Source: Patescibacteria group bacterium
Lineage (GTDB): Bacteria > Patescibacteriota > Patescibacteriia > PEXW01
Length of the DNA stretch: 64,000 nt
Reading direction: 5' to 3'
NCBI GenBank assembly: GCA_038065235.1
Contig: JBBTRK010000016.1
Location: 11,308-75,307, forward strand
Notes under the pieces: generated by a model
The model's database searches: none
Seen by the model: only the letters and a program-made list of their open reading frames with translations
What the model was told of the DNA's origin: nothing
Made by a program: the position numbers and the translations under genes
In this document: piece by piece, positions 18,474-26,447 of the stretch
Numbering within the stretch: the first letter of the stretch is position 1
How the letters are laid out: every line of letters begins with the position of its first letter

Positions 18474-19835
18474 ATGCGAAAAGTTTTTTCTCGCATCATA
18501 ACGACGGTAAGCGCGTTCGTTTTGCTCGTGCAGCCAGTATTAGTCCAAGCGGCTTTTCAGCCTGGGCGGATTATTGCTGATCAAGAATTTATTGATAGCA
18601 AGAGCATGGAAATTGTCGACGTCCAAGCATTCTTGCAAAGACGTGGTGGCACCTTAGGCACAATGCAGGTAACTGATTTCAATGGGGTTATAAAACCAAC
18701 TAGTGAAGCGATTGTTGAAGTAGCTCGGCTCTACGGCATTAATCCTGCGGTCATTCTGGTAACGCTGCAAAAAGAAATGAGTCTGCTTACCTGGAAAACC
18801 CCAACGCAGCGCGCCTACGACTACGCTATGGGGTATGGCTGCCCAGACAGTGGTGGATGCAGTGGAAAAGCCGCTGGGTTATATCGTCAACTCGATTTTG
18901 CAACGTGGCAGTTTCGACAGTATCTGGATTTCCCTGGGAGTTACACATTTCGCGCTGGGAATACGTACACCATCGATGCCACGACAGTCTTGCTAGAAAA
19001 TCAGGCAACTGCCGCACTTTACAATTACACGCCGCACTTCCATGGGAACGAAAACTTCTACAACTTATACACCCAGTGGTTCACCCGAACTTTCCCCGAT
19101 GGCTCGCTCGTCCGCATTGGGAAGACGGGGACGACCTGGTACATCCAGCACGGTGAGCGGAGAGCAATTCTCACTCGGGCTGCGTTCTTAACGCGTTTTG
19201 GTGACTATAAAAAAATTCTGGATATTTCCCCAGACGCCCTCGCGAACTACCCGCGTGGCACAGACATTAGATTACCGAACTTCTCACTGGTGCAAACCCC
19301 AGATGGTACGACCTACCTCCTAAGTGGCGACGAAAAACGAGTTATTCAATCTCCAGAAGTATTTCGAAATCTCGGCTTCAATCCTGAAGAAGTTGAGCAA
19401 GTACTCACCGAAGATATTGTTGGGTACCTCAATGGGGTAACTATAAGCAATGCGAACGCATACCCTGCAGGCGCCCTTGTGAGAATAAAAGAGAATGGTG
19501 GGGTTGCGTGGATTGAGCAAGGCATTCGGTACCCAATTCTTGACAGGAGCATTCTAAAATCACGTTTCCCGAATCGAAAAGTAAATTTGACCATAACGAA
19601 TGCTGAATTCGTGCAATACCCGAGAGCTGAGCCCCTCACCCTCCGTGATGGAGAACTAATTCGCATTAAAGGTGAAGGACTGGTAAGCGTTATTTCAAAT
19701 GGGCAACGCCGAAGCATACCCACTCGGAAACTTTTTAATCAGTACGGTTACAACATGAAAAACGTAATAACTATTTCTCCACGCGTTGCAGAACTCCACC
19801 CCATAGGTGAACAGCTTCCGAGCATTGGAAAATAA
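18474..19835 (+). CDS. Secreted protein with lysozyme-like ('hemagglutinin-related') N-domain and four ~60-aa C-terminal repeats
   Basis: Signal peptide (VQA-AF); GINPAVILVTLQKEMSL, AMGYGCPD, NQATAALYNYTPH; four GxLVR...G.RR.I...F...G repeats. Confidence 0.7.
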   Translation: MRKVFSRIITTVSAFVLLVQPVLVQAAFQPGRIIADQEFIDSKSMEIVDVQAFLQRRGGTLGTMQVTDFNGVIKPTSEAIVEVARLYGINPAVILVTLQKEMSLLTWKTPTQRAYDYAMGYGCPDSGGCSGKAAGLYRQLDFATWQFRQYLDFPGSYTFRAGNTYTIDATTVLLENQATAALYNYTPHFHGNENFYNLYTQWFTRTFPDGSLVRIGKTGTTWYIQHGERRAILTRAAFLTRFGDYKKILDISPDALANYPRGTDIRLPNFSLVQTPDGTTYLLSGDEKRVIQSPEVFRNLGFNPEEVEQVLTEDIVGYLNGVTISNANAYPAGALVRIKENGGVAWIEQGIRYPILDRSILKSRFPNRKVNLTITNAEFVQYPRAEPLTLRDGELIRIKGEGLVSVISNGQRRSIPTRKLFNQYGYNMKNVITISPRVAELHPIGEQLPSIGK

Positions 19836-19838
19836 CGT

Positions 19839-20633
19839 ATGAGTATTATTGGATCAGCATTCCTGCCGCACACGCCACTTCTTTTACCAACCACGGATCC
19901 TGCACATGCGAAACGAGTGCAGAGTTTGAGGAAGGCAGTTGAGGAAGTCGTAGCGTGGGCATACGCAGCGCAGCCAGACGTTGTGGTGTGCTTCAACCCA
20001 CACGCACCAAGCGTCGGGAATCAATTCACATTCAACCTTGCCGAACAATATACTGCGTCGTTCGATGAATTCGGTGATCTTACAACTAAAGTTGCACTCC
20101 TCGGCACACCAACATTTGCATACAACATGAAAGAAAATCTCGAAGCGCTCCTCCCTGTTGCGAGTGTCATTGAACCGCGGGTAAATTACGGTCTTGGCAT
20201 CCCGGCAATTTTCTTCCATCAGCGTATGCCGCAGCTCCCATGGGTAGAAATTTCAACACGACGAACGACACCCGAAGAGAACCTTGCTTTCGGTGCTCGC
20301 ATGCAAGAGGTACTCCTAAATAGTCGAAAACGCATTCTCTTGCTAGCAACTGGCGAGGTTTCTGCTCGGCTCACTGATGCTGCGCCGCAGGGAAAGAGCC
20401 CAGAAGCCGCACATTTTCGCAAGCACTGGTTAGAAACCCTGCATCACAATGCACTTCAAGATTTCCTCAAGACCGTGCCAGCCGCGCAAGCAGAAGAAGT
20501 TTCCTCATGCGGTACTTGGAGCGTTGCACAGATCCTGGGTGCGCTCGTCTCAATTCGGACGCACGTGAAAGTTCTATACGATGAAGCTCCGTACGGGGTT
20601 GCGTACGCGGTTGCAACATGGCAACCAGCGTGA
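19839..20633 (+). CDS. Memo/LigB (class III extradiol dioxygenase subunit B-like) fold protein, degenerate
   Basis: FLPHTPLLLP, QPDVVVCFNPH, SCG, YDEAPYGVAYAV; the usual DHG and DLSH motifs read NYG and EVSA. Confidence 0.7.
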   Translation: MSIIGSAFLPHTPLLLPTTDPAHAKRVQSLRKAVEEVVAWAYAAQPDVVVCFNPHAPSVGNQFTFNLAEQYTASFDEFGDLTTKVALLGTPTFAYNMKENLEALLPVASVIEPRVNYGLGIPAIFFHQRMPQLPWVEISTRRTTPEENLAFGARMQEVLLNSRKRILLLATGEVSARLTDAAPQGKSPEAAHFRKHWLETLHHNALQDFLKTVPAAQAEEVSSCGTWSVAQILGALVSIRTHVKVLYDEAPYGVAYAVATWQPA

Positions 20634-22369
20634 TTCCTCAAACCAGCCGGCGAGTACTAGTTATCCCGCTAATTCGAGTTACCCCTTCACTTGCCGCACT
20701 CTCCTACAACGTCCCAGCAGGACTTGATGTTTCCCCTGGGGGGTGTGTGCAAATTCCTTTTCGGACAAAAACTATTGAAGGTATTGTTTGGGCAGAAGAC
20801 ACTACTGAAAAGCGTAAAGGCACCAAATCAATTCTAAGCCGAAAAGAAAATTTCTATCTCACTACAGAACAACTAGCTATTGCCAAATGGCTTCAGCAGC
20901 AGACACTGACACCGCTTAACATTATTCTCCGTAGCATGGTTCTTGGAGGCAGGAGAGAATCCCAGACCAAAATCCGAGCGCAATCTAAAGTGACAATTGT
21001 GGAGTGCCCAACCGGGCTCGCTCGTCAAAAGGTACTCATGAAGTGGTCACAACTCATAGCCGCGAAAGTTGCATATACGCTTATTGTTGTACCGAATCAA
21101 GGTGCAGCGTCACAATGGATGGCACTGCTTAAAAATCTAAAGCCTTTACATATTGTGCCACCCCGGGGTGCTACTGCGCAACGACGGCTCCTCACTGACT
21201 TGCGAGCAACGAAGACTTACATCACCACGCATGTTGGACTGCTCTATCCCCTTCCCCCGATTGATCGGGTAATCCTCGACCTTGCCGATGATGAAGGGTA
21301 CTTTGCATTCGACCAAGCACCGCGCGTTGACCTGCGAGCACTAACCATCACCTTTGCACGTGCTCACTGTGCCGCACTGCTTGTGCTCACCCGCTGGCTA
21401 AGTCCCGCAGTCGTCGGAACATTAGGCTCGAGCGAGGCAACACGCATTGGGGAACGGCCAGTAGCGACACTCATCGATCGACAGAATGAACCACCCGGAG
21501 AACGTGGGCACCTCCCGCCGTCGTACCTACTGGAGAAGCTCCAAAAAACTCGAACATTATGGCTACACTCACGGACGAGCGAAGCAGGACGGTACGTCTG
21601 CTCCGACTGTGGTACCGCCGTTCTCTGTCCAACGTGTACTACGCCCCTTCGGGTCCGATCCAGAAACCCACTCATACTCGAGTGTGTGCGTGACCATTTG
21701 AAAATTGCAGCCCCAAGTACGTGTACTCACTGTAAAGGCACAAAGTTATCCACCCGAGGACCAGGTATTCAGCAGGTCGCCCGGACTATAGCTGAGCTCA
21801 CAGGATCACAAACCGTCGCGACACTTGAACGTGGCACAGTTCAGGGTGACCTAGAGAGTGCATTACACGTTGTCTCGACGACGGCGATTGGCAGTTATCC
21901 AGCTTTGACCTTTGCCGCCGCAGTCATTCTTCAACCCGATAGCTATTTCTCGCAGCAAGGCTACCGCTCGGCTGAGCAATTCTTCTCCGCATTTGCTCTT
22001 GCTCGAGCCGCAGTGACCCCGCAAGGATCGCTCTTCATTGTTACATACAAACCCGAAACCCTCGCGTATACATTCCTCAATAACCCAAATAGCTGGACGG
22101 ATCAGACACTTCGAGAGCGGGCAGAACTCAACTACCCACCCGCTGGGACAATGGTAGTCCTCCAACCTCGAAAACGGGTTACTAACCCAACTCCACAACC
22201 TTTTAATGAAATGCATATCCCAAGTGGTGTATCGAAAGTGATTATCAAAAATTCTTGGTTACTCCGGGCAGCGAACCTCAAGCATGATGCACTACTGCAG
22301 TGTATCCAGCAGTACCTCGACCCATCGTGGGAAGCAATTGTGAATCCACCTGCACTTCCTCAGGATTGA
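20618..22369 (+). CDS. priA: Primosomal protein N' (PriA), degenerate helicase
   Basis: N-terminal 3'-binding domain (LSYNVP...VQIPFR), Cys-rich region CSDC-CPTC-C..H-CTHC, GPGIQQV, ERAELNYPP; Walker A/B eroded; alternative start GTG 20630. Confidence 0.85.
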   Translation: MATSVIPQTSRRVLVIPLIRVTPSLAALSYNVPAGLDVSPGGCVQIPFRTKTIEGIVWAEDTTEKRKGTKSILSRKENFYLTTEQLAIAKWLQQQTLTPLNIILRSMVLGGRRESQTKIRAQSKVTIVECPTGLARQKVLMKWSQLIAAKVAYTLIVVPNQGAASQWMALLKNLKPLHIVPPRGATAQRRLLTDLRATKTYITTHVGLLYPLPPIDRVILDLADDEGYFAFDQAPRVDLRALTITFARAHCAALLVLTRWLSPAVVGTLGSSEATRIGERPVATLIDRQNEPPGERGHLPPSYLLEKLQKTRTLWLHSRTSEAGRYVCSDCGTAVLCPTCTTPLRVRSRNPLILECVRDHLKIAAPSTCTHCKGTKLSTRGPGIQQVARTIAELTGSQTVATLERGTVQGDLESALHVVSTTAIGSYPALTFAAAVILQPDSYFSQQGYRSAEQFFSAFALARAAVTPQGSLFIVTYKPETLAYTFLNNPNSWTDQTLRERAELNYPPAGTMVVLQPRKRVTNPTPQPFNEMHIPSGVSKVIIKNSWLLRAANLKHDALLQCIQQYLDPSWEAIVNPPALPQD

Positions 22370-22394
22370 CAAGAGCAATACATTTCGATAGCCT
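22366..22394 (+). promoter_or_regulatory. sigma70 promoter of def, leaderless geometry
   Basis: TTGACA-17 nt-TAGCCT, 7 nt before ATG 22402. Confidence 0.7.
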
Positions 22395-22401
22395 ATCTTT
22401 C

Positions 22402-22884
22402 ATGGCTTTACTCCCAATTACTACAATCCCACATGTAATTCTACGTACGAAGACGCAAGATGTTTCTGTTGCGGAAATTCTTACAACCGAATTTCAAAAG
22501 CTCATCACGGACATGGTGGAAACCATGCACGGGGCTGACGGTATTGGTTTGGCTGCGGTGCAGGTCGGCATTGCGAAACGTCTGTGCGTTGTCACGACAA
22601 AAGATGGTGTTGTTGCTTTCATCAATCCCCGAATAACCAAGCATTCATTTCGGAAAGAGGTTCTTGAAGAAGGATGTCTCTCTATTCCTGGTGTTTTTGG
22701 CACTGTTCGTCGACCGAAGCGGATAACCTTAATCGCACATGATGCAAAAGGCAATCCGCTCACCCTAACGATCGACGGGATGTTTGCACGAATCATGCAG
22801 CATGAAATTGACCACCTCGATGGAGTGCTTTTCACCGACAAAGTGATAACCATAACCAAAGGTGAACGACCAAACCGGACCTAA
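22402..22884 (+). CDS. def: Peptide deformylase
   Basis: GIGLAAVQVG, EGCLSIPG, QHEIDHLDG. Confidence 0.98.
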   Translation: MALLPITTIPHVILRTKTQDVSVAEILTTEFQKLITDMVETMHGADGIGLAAVQVGIAKRLCVVTTKDGVVAFINPRITKHSFRKEVLEEGCLSIPGVFGTVRRPKRITLIAHDAKGNPLTLTIDGMFARIMQHEIDHLDGVLFTDKVITITKGERPNRT

Positions 22885-23812
22885 ACGTTGGCGCGTCATT
22901 TTCGCAGGCACTCCGTCATATGCAGTGCCAAGTCTCAATGCGGTGGCTGCACTGCAAGGTGTTGACATTGTTGGGGTGTTGACGCAGAAAGCAAAACCCC
23001 ATGGACGTGGGTTACAAGAGCAACCTAGCCCAGTCGCACAGCGGGCAAAGGAGCTTGGTATTTTTACCATGATGCCTGAAAAAGTCCGTGTGCCTGAAGT
23101 GCAAGCAGCTATCCGAAGCCTGAACGCTGATATTGGAATCGTCGTTGCGTACGGAAAAATTCTACCCGAAAGTCTCTTGAACGATCTCCCGCATGGTTGG
23201 GTGAATGCCCATGCTTCCCTACTGCCCCGTTGGCGCGGTGCATCGCCTATTCAGCATGCAATCTTGGCTGGCGATACAGTGACTGGGGTATCACTCATGC
23301 AACTTGAGCCAGGTATGGATACTGGACCAACATTTGCCGTGGCTACCGTGCCGATTACTCCAAGTACAAACTCGGCAATGTTAGCGGAAGTCCTTGCGGC
23401 ATCGAGTGCTAAACTCCTTTCCGAAAACCTCATTAGTTACCTCATCGGTGAACGGGCGCTAGTCCCACAACCAGCAGTTGGGATTACGACGGCGCCAAAG
23501 ATTACCCCCGCTGATGGGGCAGCACGTTGGGTAGATGCCGCGTCAGTAATTGAACGAGCAGTACGCGCTTTCACGCCCTGGCCGAGGGTTAGCGCTCAAG
23601 CTGAAACGCTCACGTTCAAAATCCTTACGGCAAGTTGCGCGGAAGGTAGCGCAAAACCAGGATTTGTTGCTTTGCATCCCCGTGGCTGCAGTGTTGGTAC
23701 GGGCAAAGGATTACTAATTCTTGAAACCATACAACCAGCAGGGAAGAAACCCATGGATGTCCATGCGTTCCTTCGTGGTCACCCAGAGCTTATTGGCGCA
23801 ACGCTAGCGTGA
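22862..23812 (+). CDS. fmt: Methionyl-tRNA formyltransferase
   Basis: IFAGTP, VVAYGKIL, NAHASLLPRWRGASPIQ, MDTGP; follows def. Confidence 0.97.
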   Translation: MNDQTGPKRWRVIFAGTPSYAVPSLNAVAALQGVDIVGVLTQKAKPHGRGLQEQPSPVAQRAKELGIFTMMPEKVRVPEVQAAIRSLNADIGIVVAYGKILPESLLNDLPHGWVNAHASLLPRWRGASPIQHAILAGDTVTGVSLMQLEPGMDTGPTFAVATVPITPSTNSAMLAEVLAASSAKLLSENLISYLIGERALVPQPAVGITTAPKITPADGAARWVDAASVIERAVRAFTPWPRVSAQAETLTFKILTASCAEGSAKPGFVALHPRGCSVGTGKGLLILETIQPAGKKPMDVHAFLRGHPELIGATLA

Positions 23813-24508
23813 TACGATCTTCACCGACTGCATAACGTCGCCAATAGTAATGTTCTTAACCACATCCATACCCTTGGTGACTTGACCAAAGAGGTTGTAC
23901 TGCTTCCCAAGGTTCTTCGAAACGTCAGCAAGGGTTATAAAAAACTGCGAGCCATTCGTGTTGGGTCCGGAATTTGCCATTGCCAGTGCACCTTCAATGT
24001 ACTCACCTTGCACCGGCTCATCTGGGAATTTGTATCCTGGCCCACCCGTGCCGTTCCCACTCGGATCTCCACCTTGAATGACAAACCCAGGCTCAACGCG
24101 GTGAAAGGTGAGGCCATCGTAGAAACCAAGTTCAGCAAGGTATACAAAGTTACTTACGCTCTTTGGGGCATTCTTTGCGTCAAGCGTCAATTCAATTACG
24201 CCTTTCGTAGTGGTAATAATTGCTTTCTTGTTTGCAATGCGGTTGTCAGAGAGAACACCAGGAAAAGCGTAAGTCATAGAAGCATTCTTATTAGTGGAAG
24301 ATAAATTTGCAGGCTGGTTTGTATTCGCATTATTTACAGTGCTTACATTCGTATTTGTCTGTTTATTCGTATTTTGTGAGATATTTGTTTTACTCGACTG
24401 CTTCGTTACACCCGCTGGACGCATACCAGACCAGATAATGAGCCCCGTAATGATAAAAAACGCTACAATGACACCAAGACTGGTTAAGACTTTATGCATT
24501 TTGGTCAT
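23804..24508 (-). CDS. Membrane-anchored cyclophilin-type PPIase with Asn-rich linker
   Basis: N-terminal TM helix; FYDGLTFHRV, FVIQGGDP, AMANSGPNTNGSQFFIT. Confidence 0.95.
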   Translation of the reverse strand: MTKMHKVLTSLGVIVAFFIITGLIIWSGMRPAGVTKQSSKTNISQNTNKQTNTNVSTVNNANTNQPANLSSTNKNASMTYAFPGVLSDNRIANKKAIITTTKGVIELTLDAKNAPKSVSNFVYLAELGFYDGLTFHRVEPGFVIQGGDPSGNGTGGPGYKFPDEPVQGEYIEGALAMANSGPNTNGSQFFITLADVSKNLGKQYNLFGQVTKGMDVVKNITIGDVMQSVKIVSR

Positions 24509-24563
24509 AGTGGATACTTTTTGGGTAAATAGTGTATAATTCTTTCAGAAAGGATTGTACCAT

Positions 24564-25373
24564 ATGCACAAACTTATCGTCACTGCTTCGTTCCTAGCTT
24601 TACTCGCTTCCCAGCCAGCAATAGCCCAGACGAATACTGCTACCGCACCTCTAATTTCCGGAGTAACAGTAAGTAACGTCACTGCTGTTTCAGCGCTTAT
24701 TTCTTGGTCAACTGATGTTGCTAGCACGAGCTACGTTGATTTCGGTACCACCAACCTCTACGGTAATACCCTTGGAATTGGTACTTCAGTAACATCGCAC
24801 AATGTAACACTGTTAGGTTTGACAGATAGTACGCTATACCATTTTCGTGTACGTTCAATGGAATCAGTTGCGAATTACGAATCGAAAAGTACAGATACGA
24901 CCCTTACAACTACGCTAGGTACTGTTAATACGAATTCCGCGAGCAATGCAAATTCGGCAGTGAATACTAATGTCGCAGCCAAAACTAACCTGAATGCCAA
25001 TACGAATAAAAATACAAATACAACGAAGAACACTAATGCAGCAACAAATACTAATTCAAACAAGAATACAAATGTGAATGCCAATAAGAACATAAATGCG
25101 AACCGAAATACCAACGTCAATACCAATGCGAATGCCAATGTGAACGCCGGAACGAGCATATTCAATCAAAACGTAAATTCCAGCACAAATTCTGTTACTG
25201 GAACACTCAACAATACTAATACGGATCTCACAAATGTGAATGCCACAACGAGCACGACGAAAAGCGATGGACGCACTGGTATTGTGCTCATTGCAGTTGG
25301 GGTTTTACTCTTAGTTGGGATTATTGTCTTCGCCTGGTGGAAGGCTCGCCAGCAACCTGTCGTTCGGCCGTAA
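24564..25373 (+). CDS. Surface protein: signal peptide, FN3-like domain, Asn-rich (N-x-N) stalk, C-terminal TM anchor
   Basis: AIA-Q cleavage site; ALISWST...HNVTLLGLTDSTLYHFRVRS; NTNKNTN-type tract; TM helix followed by KAR; SD-like agaaagga at about 24548-24554. Confidence 0.8.
   Translation: MHKLIVTASFLALLASQPAIAQTNTATAPLISGVTVSNVTAVSALISWSTDVASTSYVDFGTTNLYGNTLGIGTSVTSHNVTLLGLTDSTLYHFRVRSMESVANYESKSTDTTLTTTLGTVNTNSASNANSAVNTNVAAKTNLNANTNKNTNTTKNTNAATNTNSNKNTNVNANKNINANRNTNVNTNANANVNAGTSIFNQNVNSSTNSVTGTLNNTNTDLTNVNATTSTTKSDGRTGIVLIAVGVLLLVGIIVFAWWKARQQPVVRP
24922..25146 (+). repeat. Low-complexity coding tract of alternating Asn codons
   Basis: VNTNSASNANSAVNTN...NTNVNTNANANVN; recurring aat/aac codons. 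Confidence 0.8.
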
Positions 25374-26444
25374 CTAATCGTTAACTGCTTTCTCAATAGT
25401 CGCCCCACCGAGGCAGACTTTACTGTCGTAGAAGACTATAGCTTGACCTGGAGTAATTGCGCGCTGCGGTTGGGCAAAAATTACGTGTAGGGAATTTTGG
25501 TTAACACTAATAGTACACTGCTCGAGCGGCTGCCGGTAGCGAATACGTGCTGCACAGGTGAATCTCTTGGCTGGTGTTGCACCAACAACCCAAGAGGCTT
25601 CTGTTGCCTGTAGGGCTGATGCGTACAGTACTGGGTCCTTATCCCCTCTCGCGACGAGGAGGGTGTTTGTATTGGTATCTTTCTTCGCAACGTAGTAAGG
25701 CACGCCGCCCCCAACACCCAAACCGTGTCGCTGGCCAATAGTGTAGAACGCAAGACCTTGGTGTTCACCTACAACGCTTCCAGCTTCTGTGAGAATCTGC
25801 CCTGGCGTAGCTATAACTTTCCCCTTTAAGAAATCGGTTATGTTAACCTGACCAACGAAGCAAATACCTTGGCTATCTGGCTTCGATGCTACAGACAAGC
25901 CTGCTTTCGCTGCGATACTCCGAACTTTGGACTTCTGTAAGTGACCAATGGGGAAATATGTTCGTGCTAATTCGGCTTGCCCTAGCGTGTGCAGAAAGTA
26001 CGTCTGATCTTTACGAGTATCGTCTGCAACAAGGAGTTGGTACTTCCCTCCTAATTGACGTACTTGTGCGTAGTGCCCAGTTGCAACCGCATCGAAACCT
26101 TCTGCTAAAGCACGTTGGAGGAAAACCCCGAATTTAATTTCTCGGTTACAGAGAACGTCAGGGTTTGGGGTTCGTCCTGCTTCATACTCTCGAAAGAAGT
26201 ACTCGAGTACGCGAGCCCTATATTCCTTCTCAAAATTCCAACTCTCCCACGGTATTCCAAGCTTCTCACACACAGACGCAACGTCGGCCTGGTCTTGTTC
26301 CCACGGGCACGGTTGGTTACTCCCTGGCAATGGTTCATAGTTCTTCATGAACACGCCCTGCACCTCATGCCCAGCTTCGCGGAGTAATAGCGCAGCAACA
26401 GAGGAATCCACACCGCCCGACATCCCCACGATGACCCGGGTCAT
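25374..26444 (-). CDS. mnmA: tRNA 2-thiouridine(34) synthase MnmA
   Basis: GMSGGVDSSV, TPNPDVLCNREIKF, ATGHY, DSQGICF, TIGQRHG. Confidence 0.98.
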   Translation of the reverse strand: MTRVIVGMSGGVDSSVAALLLREAGHEVQGVFMKNYEPLPGSNQPCPWEQDQADVASVCEKLGIPWESWNFEKEYRARVLEYFFREYEAGRTPNPDVLCNREIKFGVFLQRALAEGFDAVATGHYAQVRQLGGKYQLLVADDTRKDQTYFLHTLGQAELARTYFPIGHLQKSKVRSIAAKAGLSVASKPDSQGICFVGQVNITDFLKGKVIATPGQILTEAGSVVGEHQGLAFYTIGQRHGLGVGGGVPYYVAKKDTNTNTLLVARGDKDPVLYASALQATEASWVVGATPAKRFTCAARIRYRQPLEQCTISVNQNSLHVIFAQPQRAITPGQAIVFYDSKVCLGGATIEKAVND

Positions 26445-26447
26445 AGG

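Noticed and set aside
24922-25146. Possible CRISPR array or DNA tandem repeat
   Set aside because: No identical repeat-spacer units; it is an in-frame Asn-rich coding tract with varied codons.
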